From Acanthaster planci (lineage: Eukaryota), in the NCBI RefSeq assembly GCF_001949145.1, contig NW_019091360.1, positions 186,001 through 210,276 on the forward strand: a stretch of 24,276 nt of DNA, given 5' to 3'. This document shows positions 1-10,519 of the stretch, piece after piece; positions within the stretch are counted from its first letter, which is position 1; the number at the start of each line of letters is the position of its first letter. The position numbers were made by a program, and so were the translations under genes. The notes under the pieces are model-generated. The model did not search any database, was not told the DNA's origin, and worked only from the letters and a program-made list of their open reading frames with translations.

Positions 1-3
1 TAC

Positions 4-112
4 CTGAACATCTTCCAACCAGCTTAACCACCGTCTTGCTGACTTTGTCAATGGCATGTACATGAAGATAATCCACACTCTCCTCATTGACATTCTGTGG
101 CTGAAACTTCAC
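4..112 (-). CDS. CFAP65: Probable internal exon of a host gene, CFAP65 (CCDC108)-like ciliary protein
   Basis: The - strand reads ...ttttaccaag|GTG...TCA G|GTA (acceptor at 113-114, donor at 3-1). The 109-bp open frame VKFQPQNVNEESVDYLHVHAIDKVSKTVVKLVGRCSG resembles, from memory, the CFAP65 segment FHPK...VDY.....SKTLLKVVGFCRG. The frame stays open to ~139, so the acceptor is uncertain. Confidence 0.5.
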
Positions 113-210
113 CTTGGTAAAACAGGTAGATTTCTCTTGTCATTTTACAGAGTTTCAAAAATAAAACAGCAACCTTAAATATGTCTTTGCTGAAAATGTT
201 CCCATCAATT

Positions 211-390
211 AAACTCCTCCCCCACATTGGTGTGGGTCGGGTCTCCTAGTGATACTTACCCCTGTCAAGCCTACATATGCAAATTTCCCATGTGCCTATT
301 ACAATTAGCTGAAAAGACTTGATTATGCATGCTGCCCTTTGACATTCCACAATGCACTGCGGTCCCGCTGCCATGTTCGTCCTTCTTTTC
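211..390. repeat. DIRS 3' inverted terminal repeat with its unique outer extension
   Basis: 257-390 (tacccctgtc...ccttcttttc) is the near-exact reverse complement of 4075-4208. 211-261 is complementary to the first half of the ICR. The element ends in TTT on the - strand. Confidence 0.92.
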
Positions 391-444
391 AAAGTGGAGA
401 AATTCCCGAAGGCAAAGGGGGGAAGGACGGGCGGGAGTGGCTGA

Positions 445-535
445 ACAGGGTAAGTATCATTAGGAGACCTGACCCACACTAATGTGGGGGACGAGTTTCC
501 TGCATTCACATACCCCTGTCCAGCCTACATATGCA
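445..535. repeat. DIRS internal complementary region (ICR)
   Basis: 448-498 is the reverse complement of 211-261 and 499-535 is the reverse complement of 4184-4220, joined at gagTTTcctg. Confidence 0.92.
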
Positions 536-639
536 GGGTGGCACTGTACCCTGGAGGAGGGTCGGCGAGAGGAGAGTAGTTACTAGAGAGCATAGTCGGG
601 CATCGCCCAAACGAACACTCACCAGAGAAAGAGGTATCT

Positions 640-1170
640 ACGATGAAGAATTCATTGTTTGATGTGGACGCAGAGGCGGCCCGAACATCATGGGCTCTGA
701 CATGAGAACAAGTCGCCTTGTCATGCTGAGTAGGCCCGTCTTGGTTCACGAAGATAATGGCCGAGACTATCCATCGGGCAATAGTGTCCTTCGCGCTGGA
801 TGAAAAAGCTTTGTGGTTGTGATGAAGAGTCTGGAACCAGGTTCCCGGCGGTGCTTGGTTCTGGCGAGGTACCACTCGAGAGTACGAAGTGGACACCATT
901 TCTTGTCAGAGTTATCTCCCGAAAGAGAGGTTATGTCAGGGACAAATATGTTCAGAGGCCGGAAGGCAGGCGTCTGGTTCTTTGTCAGGAACTCAATGGC
1001 TGGGATAAGGTGAACCCCATGCGTTTCCCAGCGGATGTGACCTTCAGCAGTTGACAGCGCATGTAGTTCGCTGCCGCGTCTGAAGGTAACGACCGCCAGT
1101 AGGAATGCCAGTTTGATGCTGAGATGGACATCAAATGCACCGGTAAGCGGCTTGAAGGGGGAAAGGCAAG
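640..1170 (-). pseudogene. DIRS tyrosine recombinase, C-terminal catalytic part (frameshifted, truncated)
   Basis: Manual translation gives SPFKPL...LSIKLAFLLAVVTFRRGSELHALS...EFLTKNQ...WCPLRTLEWYLART...LFITT, then SAKDTIARWIVSAI...HVRAHDVRAASAS (ORF 525-899). These are the R, K and HxxR motifs of DIRS YR. Confidence 0.88.
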
Positions 1171-1179
1171 AATGCGCAA

Positions 1180-2470
1180 AATATCAGGAGATGAGTATTG
1201 TCGGTCAATGGGAAGAGGTCAACGTGGGGACGCTTGATCTTCGCGAAGATCTGACTGACGCTCAAATGAAAGTGTCTGCTATGCTGTTGGTTGTTCCTGC
1301 TATGTGAACAGCTTGCAGGATGATCCCGTGATCGATCGCCCACATGAAGATCTGCCTTGTAAGGACGCAAAGCTGGAGGGGAGCGCGTACCGCCGAGGTG
1401 GTTGATGTACGCTACCACTGTGTGGAGTTGTTGCTCTGGATGCTCTAAGTGTTGCTGGAAGGGGCGAAGGGTGTCGAATACTGCCTGAAATTCCAGCAGG
1501 ATGATGTGTTTGTTGCGGAAGGAAGAGTCTCAAACCCCGGATGCACAGAGCGGAAGAAGGGAGGCCCACCATCCAAATAGCGACACATCCGTTGTCATCG
1601 TGACGTTCGGTCTCAGTGGAATGAAGGGACAGCCTGTCAACAGGTGCTCGTTGATGGTCCCCCACCGGAGGTGGTTGTGAACATTCGGCGGAAGAGGGAC
1701 CAGGTAGAAATCGCTCTTGGGGCGGTACCAAGATAGGAGATGTAGTTAAAGTGGGCACGTCGCCACCATGGGACGAGGTCGATCAAACTGGCCATTAGTC
1801 CAAGAAGACGGAGCCAGGCTAGCGCCAGAGGTGCCTCAGACCGCAAAAACTGAAGGGCGCATTGCTGCAGATTGAGGATGCATTCCGGTGTCGGAGCCGC
1901 AATGCATTTGAGGAGGTCGAGGGCCGCCCCTAGGTAGGTTAGCCATTGTGATGGATCAAGAGCTGACTTGTCGTAGTTGATGAGGAACCCTAGGCGTGTC
2001 GCGACGTCGAGGGTGAGAGAAGTGATGGCTCTTGCTTTGTCCGGGAGGCGACCGACAATCAACCAGTTGTCCATATATTGAAGATAAGGATGTCGCGCTG
2101 TTGCAAGTAGGCAGCGAGAGTCTTGGCAATTTGTTAAAGACCCTTGCGAGGTTGAGAGGCCGAAAGGAAGAGCTGGAAACTGGAAGATTTGGCCGCAGTA
2201 CTTGAAGCGGAGGAACTTGCGGTGCTGTTTGTGTATCAGGATATGGAGATACGTGTCCGGTAGGTCTATAAAGGTGGTCCAACACGGGGACTGGTAGAGT
2301 GGGTAGGACCACATTCAGGGTCTCCATTCGAAAGCGTCTTGGCTTCATGAACTTGTTGAGCGGTTTCAGAGTGATTATTGGTTGCCACTTTCCTGGTTCT
2401 TTCTTGGTTGTCAGGAAGAATGACGAAAGGAAGCCAGTGGATAGCTGGTTTGGATGCACCTGTGTGATAG
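1180..2470 (-). pseudogene. DIRS pol: reverse transcriptase, RNase H and start of the methyltransferase-like domain, with frameshifts
   Basis: RT: FLSSFFLTTKKEPGKWQPIITLKPLNKF, FRMETL, IDLPDTYLHI, FQFPALPFGLSTS, YMDNWL (degenerate YxDD). RNase H: TTDVSLFGW, VVAYINHLGGTRS, VHIAGTTNSIAD. Methyltransferase start: PHVDLFP. Confidence 0.92.
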
Positions 2471-2599
2471 CTCATTTGCATAGCAACGCAGTTATCTCCT
2501 CCCCAGAGCCAGGCGCTTGGACATGTCGCGGAAGACCATCCCAGAGCAGAAGACCATTCCGGACGATAGAAGGGGGAGGATACAAGTTGCCTCGGAGTC

Positions 2600-3400
2600 T
2601 GAAAAGGGCCCCTGGGTGGGAGGCGGGATGACCGGGAGAGGGTCCGGGTCAGGCGCCGTCGCCGCTGGCTGAGGATGAGAGTCTATCTTTCAGGTGAGCG
2701 AAGAGAAGGCCTCCGAGAGAGACTGGTGGGATGCCATCCATGGAGGTGGATCCGGCTTGGAGTGGCACCTCTTCTTGGCCTTGGATGAAGAAACCGATGA
2801 GGATGGCCTTGTACTTCTTAGTCTTCGCCAGAGCAGGGGAGCTGGAGGCCAGTACAGTCAGAGGAAGGACCCAGTGAGGATCCCCCGAGAGGTCCGTCGT
2901 CTCCTGCGAGGAGCGTCTGAGATCGGATTGGCGGGCTCATGACCGGAGTCCAACGGCAGCTTGGAGCTACGGATGAGGTGTGTTGGACGGAAGCCCCAGC
3001 AGCATAGCAGTCCAGAAGGGGTACCATCGTCTGAGGCAACGGGGGGGCTGGGGAACATGCTGAGTTGCTGACTTGCCCATGACAGCAGCGGTGGAACATG
3101 GCGATCCCACTTTGAAGCCCGTTGCCTGCTGGGAGGGAATTGACTGGCCCGAATTCCGAGCGGGTATCGCCTGCCCAGGGCAGACGGCAGGCTGTCGCCC
3201 CGTGGGCCCCGCTGAGCTACTGGTCTGTAGGGTTGTCCAGGTTGTGGTTGATAGCGATGCCTGGACCTGCGGCATAGAGAAAGGAATGGCTCATTACTCC
3301 CAGACAATCATGATCAAGGGTATTGTTGCAGTAAATCCGCTCAACCCGATCAATAGGTGTAGAGTGGGCATTGATAACCACGGGTAGTAGACCAGCATGC
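2600..3400 (-). pseudogene. Possible remnant of DIRS gag-like ORF1
   Basis: GC-rich, Ser/Pro/Arg-rich broken frames upstream of pol, where DIRS ORF1 is expected. No diagnostic motif recognised. Confidence 0.3.
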
Positions 3401-3419
3401 TCGACCTGGTGGGTAGGTG

Positions 3420-3640
3420 GATGGTAGTCATCAGTGATCACAGGCATTGTTAGGGTACCGCTCTCTCAGCCCAATCAAACCTGGTAGTGGTCATCAGAGA
3501 TCTAGACATATTGCGGTACCTCCACTCAACGTGATCTATGGAGGTTATTAGCGATCTAGGCATGTTGCGGTGCCTCCGCTTCAGCCTGATCTTGTCGATA
3601 AAAGTCCGGGGTGTGTTGTGGTACCTCCACTCAACCCCGG
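3420..3640. repeat. Degenerate ~53-62 bp tandem repeat (about 4 copies) in the DIRS 5' region
   Basis: A recurring core resembling catgttgcggtacctccactcaac appears near 3445, 3508, 3561 and 3613. Confidence 0.6.
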
Positions 3641-4074
3641 CCTATTCAGGGTCTCTCCTCGTCGAGGCCGCTAATTGGATTACGCACAACTGCACCACAA
3701 AGGGAGCGGGGCAGTCCACCAAGCCCGCTCCGCTGCCAGACCCATACTGTTTTGGGCCATTATTATTCGAATGCATGCACCACATAACGAAGAAAGGGCC
3801 CTCCAACCCTGTTCAACGGCCATACCCACATCACACCTAACAGTAGGTCACATCTCAACCTGTATATGATGCACAGAAAAAAGGGGCAGAAAAGAACCAC
3901 AAGAAAAACACAGCATGCAAAGAACAAAATATGAGAATAAACATTCTTACCAAGAGATAAGAAATCACTCTTTATTTCGAAACAGGATTCAATTCAATTC
4001 ACAAACACGAAAGGTACGGAACTCGAGAATCCAAAAATGTCATAAAAGACACGTCCATGAACGATAGGCGCTGA

Positions 4075-4223
4075 GAAAAGAAGGACGAACATGGTGGTGG
4101 GACCGCAGTGCATTGTGGAGGGTCAAGGGGCAGCATGCATAATCAAGTCTTTTCAGCGAATTGTAATAGGCACATGGGAAATTTGAATATGTTGGCTGGA
4201 CAGGGGTATGTGAACGCAGGAGA
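4075..4223. repeat. DIRS 5' inverted terminal repeat
   Basis: Reverse complement of 257-390, plus an outer extension tgtgaacgcagg that is complementary to the ICR. Confidence 0.92.
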
Positions 4224-6090
4224 CTAGCAAATTCAAAGTCAAAACTTTTTCCCAGTCATTTGGTATCATCATTTTTACCTTGCATTTTCCAAAATGCCCT
4301 TTAAGCACATGTCTGGTATGAGCATGAGCTAAGTTCTACACAAAATACTAAAATCTTCTGGCACAAAAAGTGATGTGTGAAGCACATACTGCGCCATGTT
4401 GGACAGAATACAGTGGTGCTGATGACGAGTGAAATCTTCACTCACGAAATACAGACCCATTGCTACAATGTACATGCCTAAGGGTGCCTAAAGACAATTA
4501 GGTCAGTAATAGTCATATATCAGGTTTAAGATACATATGGTAGGAGTCAAACTTGCTGAGAATGGCCAAGGGAGCAGCTGCGGAAGCTTAATTGGGAAAC
4601 AGACTATGAAATTATGCATCAACCCCACAGTGTTTCATATAGGGAACAATTCACTTGTTTTCTGAATGGCTTGTGTGACTTCAGGCCAAGCACACAACTA
4701 CCATTTTGTATAAATACCTTCTATTTTCTGTCTTTCATTCTTCACGAAACTATGCAACCCTCTTCCCCCAAAACTACTTTCATGCCCTCACTCCCTTATT
4801 CCGATGAAGCAGAATAATGACTAGTTCATCATGAACCCATGGGATTGATGACTTACTGGAATCTGAAGTAGACTCTCAGATGAAGCAATTCCATTTGTTT
4901 GACTACAGTGGAAGACAGTATCAATAGATGTGTTGATGCTAGGATGCTCAATTGTGAATGGTACAGCAACCTGAATTATACGATGAAAAAGCAAACACAT
5001 AAATATGTTAAAGTGAACGTTACAGTGTGATCCTGGAATAAATCAGTTTATTTGTTATTATTTTGACCAGTTTCCTGAACAATACAAAGAATATTTGCAA
5101 GACCTTAATTATCAAAGATATACAGGTACATGCGCAGAAAATGCTGAGAAAATACTGAGATTTCCTGATGTCATTAACCACATTGCGCCGGAGGCATTTA
5201 TGAATGTTGATTCTGTTGAGAAGGGAGATTTTTCATTTGTTTCTGTTTTCAAAATTCATATCTTCATTAATTGGACACTTACACCCACACGAAGGACTTT
5301 TTTTTTCAAAAATCTTCAAAAATTCATATTTTTTTTCTGAACGCCTAAACCCCATAAAATGGGTGTCCCGTGGCGAGTCTAGTCCTCACAAGCAACTTCC
5401 ATTGACCCTTTGGTTTTGCAGCCACACCGCCCGCTCTGTATGGAGCCCCAATTGTGTGTGTTACATAAGGGCTCGTTTGTTCCGGACCTTGGCCCAGTGC
5501 GTTGCTATGCTGCTGTGTTGCTATGCGGAGCGATTGACGGTCAAGACCTCAGCGTGTAATATGCGGTGAGTGAATGGGAAGCTGTGCACGTGCACTGGGC
5601 TTTGTCAACTGTTCAATGAGTGTGGGCAATGACGGACAAATGAATTCATGCTGTAAAAGAAGGGGTTTTAAAGTGTGGCTTTTTCGTGGCGCTGCTCCAT
5701 GTAACTTTCGCTATTTTTTGAAGCTGTTGGGGTTTTTTTCTGTTATATATTTTCCCATCTACCAAACTTATATCCCCCCAAACCACTCTCATATTTTATT
5801 TCCCAACTTTTTCATTTTCCCTCCCATAGTGTAAGATATTTCCCTTCCCAAACTTTATTTCCCCAACAATTTCAAGTAAAATTTAGAAACCAATAAAATA
5901 AAGTACACATAGAAATACACACAGACAAATATTTGGAGAGAACTTCTTTTTCTCATATTTTCTTCTTGTCATTTCTCTTGTGTTTTCTTTTCATTTCTCA
6001 TTGAAATAGTTGAACTCATAAAAGTAGTAAAATAAATTTCCACTCTTTCTAATCAAATAAAAAGCAAACACCGTTGTAAGGAATAAACAA

Positions 6091-6778
6091 GTACTTTCCA
6101 GAAACTTTGTCTTTTTTGGTCATTTTTTTTCAAAGGTTGAAAACATGAGNCCATTACAAGGAAATGTGCCACTTTTTCAAGAAATGAAAATACAGCATCC
6201 TCAAAGCAGTACTTTCCAAAAACTTTGTCTTTTTTGTCTTTTTTTTCAAAGGTTGAAAACATGACCACCTAGTAAAACCATTACAAGGAAATGTGCCACT
6301 TTTTCAAGAAATGAAAATACAACATCCTCAAAGCAGTACTTTTCAGAAACTTTGTCTTTTTTTTCAAAGGCTGAAAACATGACCACCTAGTAAAACCATG
6401 ACAAGGAAATGTGCCACTTTTTCAAGAGATGAAAATACAACATCCTCAAAGCAGTACTTTCCAAAAACTTTGTCTTTTTTGTCTTTTTTTTTCAAAGGCT
6501 GAAAACATGACCACCTAGTAAAACCATTACAAGGAAATGTGCCACTTTTTCAAGAGATGAAAATACCACATCCTCAAAGCAGTACTTTTCAGAAACTTTG
6601 TCTTTTTGTTATTTTTTTCAAAGGCTGAAAAAATGACCACCAAGTAAAACCATGACCAGGAAATGAGCCACTTTTTCAAAAGATGAAAATACAACATCCT
6701 CAAAGCAGTACTTTCCAGAAACTTTGTCTTTTTCCTCATTTTTTTCAAAGGTTGAAACTATGACAACTCCTAAAACCA
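6091..6778. repeat. Tandem array of ~118-128 bp units (~5.5 copies) inside the piggyBac; contains an N at 6150
   Basis: Units starting gtacttt(c/t)c at 6091, 6209, 6336, 6454, 6582 and 6708. Confidence 0.95.
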
Positions 6779-6896
6779 CCAGTAAATGACATATTGTTTT
6801 ACACTAGATAAGTGGGGCATCAAGTCAAAACACATGAAAAACACAAAATATAATGTCAATGAAAATGTCCATGAAAATAAATGTTCAAAGTGTCAA

Positions 6897-7353
6897 TTAG
6901 TGGACAATATGGTACTCCTTGAAGCAGGGGGCGACGCAGAGGGGCTGGTGGCACGTATCACACTCGAAGTGTGTCTTCTTTTGCAGACCACGGGATACGC
7001 AGAGGACACACCGCCGGTAGCGGAAATCGCCATAGCTGGTCCTCTCAAAGTCCACGGGGAAGTGTCGGCCGACAAAGTTGGTGACTGGTGGAGTATCGTG
7101 CTGAGGGCGGTACTCAGGCAAGGGCTTGTCGAAACGGTGCGGCACTGCTGCTGGTCGATGCGGCGGTCTGTGTACGGGACTGTCTCTTGCGCTTGGCATA
7201 TACAGCCAAGGGTACATCACTGTCAATTTCTGTACTTGACTGTACTTGAGCAGGTGACGGCGGTGATGAAGAAGACGAAGAACCTTCGTCTGAACTCAGA
7301 TAAAACTCGCTTTCACTAGAAGAATTGGACTCTCCAGATATAACTTCCGCCAT
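6897..7353 (-). pseudogene. piggyBac transposase remnant: acidic/Ser-rich N-terminus next to the C-terminal cysteine-rich domain, DDD core absent
   Basis: ORF 7114-7353: MAEVISGESNSSSESEFYLSSDEGSSS...KRKR. ORF 6897-7226 ends GRHFP...RRCVLC...KTHFECDTCHQPLCVAPCFKEYH, the piggyBac/PGBD zinc-finger pattern. Confidence 0.85.
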
Positions 7354-9390
7354 GTTGTCTGTGCTCTAAATAACACGATACCCAATATGCACAAATGTAG
7401 CTACTGCACGGCGATTTTATTCTCAAGCAGCAAGGGCCGTGCCCTGTCAGTCAACATGGCAAGGTCCAGCAGCGCCCGGGCCGGGTCATTCATGGGGCGC
7501 AGGTGCATAATGAGCCCGCACAGCCCGCGCTTTGTCTTTAGTGCAGTGCAGCGATAATCCCCTGCGAGCGCCCGGCAGCGCGAACAAATGCGCTCTGCAC
7601 AAGCAATACACGGATTACCTCCACTAATAGCAGCGCTCTGCGCTGAAAGAATACAGGGATTGATTGGCAGTGCCCGGCAGCTCTCAGCAGCTTGTACTTT
7701 TATTCCACACTTTTATAAGTTCGGTCACCCCGGCTATAAAATAAAGTCACAATTCACCGGCCCCAGCAACCCATTATTGCCTTAGACCAATTTATTCACC
7801 GGCCAATGATGGCCTAAACTTTTTCACTGACAGCCCCCAACTTTTTAAGAAATGCCCAGCAACTTTTTTCTTTTTTATGGTAAAGTTCCGATTTCGGAGT
7901 CCCCAGCCACGAATATAAGGCCTATGGCTCCAGTACCGGAGCCCCCGGCTGGAAGTGGTTAACAAGGAATTTCGGTACCATTACAAACATGACATGAAAT
8001 CATAACTACGCCATCATGATTTTTAAATATAATTTTGAGTATTCACTTTCTTCTAAAAGGCAATTTTGGAATGATTTCAAGTGAAAATTAACTTGAAACT
8101 ACATAATGCTTTATATACATGGACAATGTGTCTCATACAATGATACCTTGATAAAGTTGCTATCAAGTGATGCTTCCTTCATTTTGTAATCTTCACAGAC
8201 CAATGTGTAAAGTGTAGAAGCTATGAATTTTTCCTTAAAATAGTTTTTTGGCAACTGTATACTTCTTCTCTAATGTATGAAAATTTATTTACCCCTAATT
8301 AGGTTAAATACATTTAAAAAGTGCACCTTTTAAAAACATTTGAAATTAACCATGCTTTCCTGGACAACTGAGGCACTGTTTTTCATTTGATGATGCAGTT
8401 GAACTTTTTTTGGTTCAAATTGGGAACCAAGAATTTACTCAATCAGGGGCCTGTTTCACATGGATTTGGGCAGAGATCACAAAGCTGGCTTGTTTTATGC
8501 ATTAGCCTGGATTGCTTGCTGGAAGATTTTTGGCACTGCATAGCAGTACCTCAGCTGGAATGAAACATCTACAATGGACCAGCCATCACTACACCACTGA
8601 AATCTATGTACATGCACTGAGACCTCGAAATGAATACATACAGTTGACACATACATGTACCTACATGTATGTATACATAAACAAAATCTAATTTTGTGAA
8701 CCGATTCACAGAAATATCTCCATAGTTTCTGATTCTTTTATGGTTTTAGGATGTTGAAGTTTGGAATGCATGTTACTGTCGCAGATGTCATTGGCCCGGG
8801 CTATTCTGTGTCATTCTCACTATTTTAACAGTAAGAACCAGTGCACTATGCATGTTTAGCCTTGTGTGTTTTCATTACACTGCATGCGTGATGCCAAGTT
8901 GCTTCATATTTAGGAGAGTTTGCATATTACCAACTAAGACACCAGTTTTATACTTGACTCCATACACCCTTATCTACATAAACTCTATGAACATTTTGTC
9001 AGCACGTTTCAACCAAATTATAATAAACATACGTACAATACCAGGTCACCATTACTTCTGCACATCTCTAAGTATGGGGTATCTGCCTTCATAGCATTAA
9101 GCACTCTGTGCCACTACATTGGAATGGATTACGCTTGGGTATAAAAAAAGCCAAAGCTTATTGTACTTCCATAGTGTGAGGTTTTGTATTTGTATTCATA
9201 TATTACTTCTTCATTTCACTTCTATTATTTACCAGCTGGATCATTCCCCCTCCCCCAGAACTGTCTGTGCACTTGTTTGTCTCTGTAATACATTGCTCGT
9301 GTTGTGTTCATGTAATATTAGGGTGTAGTTGTCTCTCATAATTTTAGGCCACTCCCTAAAGCAATGTTTGCTCTCTTAATTACACTCCCA

Positions 9391-10000
9391 TTTAGCTGTT
9401 TCGGCATTTTGGCAAAACAGCTCTTGTTTTCATTAATTTTTTTTGTCCTTTTTTTTTGACTTGCCGAAACAGCTGTTGCTTTTCTGATTAATTTTTTTTT
9501 TCTTTTTTTTTTTCAGCTGTTTCGGCAACCCTGCCAAAACAGGTATTGCTTTTCTGATTTTTGGCTTTTTTGCAATTTTGCAAAAAAGCATTCGTTTTGT
9601 TCTTTTTTTCCTTCTTCTTTTGCTCTAAAGCCTGTTTGTTTTGTTCATGTTTTTTTCTACCCACGACTCTAGTGCTTTTGCAACTTTGGATCATCATCAA
9701 ACTTGTACCAATAAAGAACCCTTATGCACAAATGGTCCAAGAAACATGACGTCATCAGGTGATTTATTATTTATTTGTCAATACTTATTTCAGCCCATTG
9801 ACTTTGTACACGTTTTTGAGGCACTATTTTGGTAACTTAGCAATATTTGGTCATCATCAAAGTTACACCAAGCACTCACCACAAAGCGAAAATAATATGT
9901 AAATATTTACGTCATGATGATGTCATCAAGTGATTTATTATTTAATGTTGGATATTTAAATATTCCATTAAATTTGATTGGGTATGGTATTCTTAAAATC
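9391..10000 (+). repeat. Hairpin-headed non-coding interspersed repeat (family A, copy 1)
   Basis: Starts with repeated hairpin agctgtttcggca...tgccgaaacagct followed by ttgcttttctgatt and T-runs. Internal modules tgacgtcatc and cccattgactttgtacac are shared with 11851-12959. Right boundary approximate. Confidence 0.65.
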
Positions 10001-10519
10001 ATATACTGATCGATGTAGTCACTGTCGACATCATATTTTGTCCAATATCAATATATCGCTTTTTTCATAATGACATTATCGACATGTCAAATGTTATTAA
10101 TTTTGCATGGATTCTACTCTTTACTTGCTTAAAAAGGGGCGTGACACCTGATCTGCATGGGTACATATTAAGTCGTGAACCCCAAACACGACTGGTGATG
10201 AAGTCAATGACAACACCAGACCCCTAACTCACAGATCCCACATGGTGCTGCCGATGAATCCGAGAGTGGTTTCAGACTGTATATCAATGAGTACACCTTT
10301 CTAGTCACAGTTACAAAAAGTGAAATTCATGTTTGGCGCCAAAATGTCCAGGATAGTGCAACAGATGTCATCAATAGTGGTTCTGCACTCTCTTTCTTAA
10401 ATATTGTATACAGAAAATCTGAAATGTGCAATCAATTATTGTTATGTTAGATATTATCCAAGAATTGTGTTTTTTTTAGAGTGGCAATGCATATTTATGA
10501 ATATCTAAATAAGGGTGGA

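Larger units (their letters stand above)
211..4223 (-). mobile_element. DIRS1-like tyrosine-recombinase retrotransposon, degenerate and internally deleted
   Basis: Inverted terminal repeats (257-390 vs 4075-4208), an internal complementary region (445-535) matching both outer ends, and RT, RNase H, methyltransferase-start and YR remnants in DIRS order on the - strand. Confidence 0.93.
5178..7958 (-). mobile_element. Non-autonomous (internally deleted) piggyBac DNA transposon
   Basis: TTAA at 5174-5177 and 7959-7962. Imperfect TIRs CCACATTGCGCCGG and (rc) CCACTTCCAGCCGG. Subterminal direct repeat at ~7886-7908 and 7928-7950. Internal transposase remnant. Confidence 0.82.

Noticed and set aside
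800..3869. + strand ORFs across the DIRS (800-1054, 1113-1307, 2299-2631, 2694-2942, 3073-3387, 3538-3840)
   Set aside because: Antisense shadows of GC-rich - strand coding remnants; no motifs recognised.
4279..4335. Possible 57-bp - strand exon (tag|AAC...AAG|gtaaa)
   Set aside because: Splice-like signals only; the peptide NLAHAHTRHVLKGHFGKCK does not resemble the expected neighbouring CFAP65 sequence.
6053..6748. ORFs within the ~125-bp array, and the array as a possible CRISPR
   Set aside because: Units are repeated in full with no unique spacers; the context is eukaryotic; the ORFs are repeat artefacts.
6786..7319. 177-aa + strand ORF
   Set aside because: Antisense to the piggyBac transposase remnant, with no independent support.
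8750..8830. Candidate 81-bp + strand exon (ttttag|GAT...ACA|gtaag)
   Set aside because: Good splice-like signals but no recognisable protein and no partner exons; cannot be supported without RNA data.
9488..9749. Lys-rich and Phe-rich ORFs and terminator-like hairpin plus T-runs
   Set aside because: Low-complexity poly-T of the repeat head; rho-independent terminators are not meaningful in this eukaryotic context.
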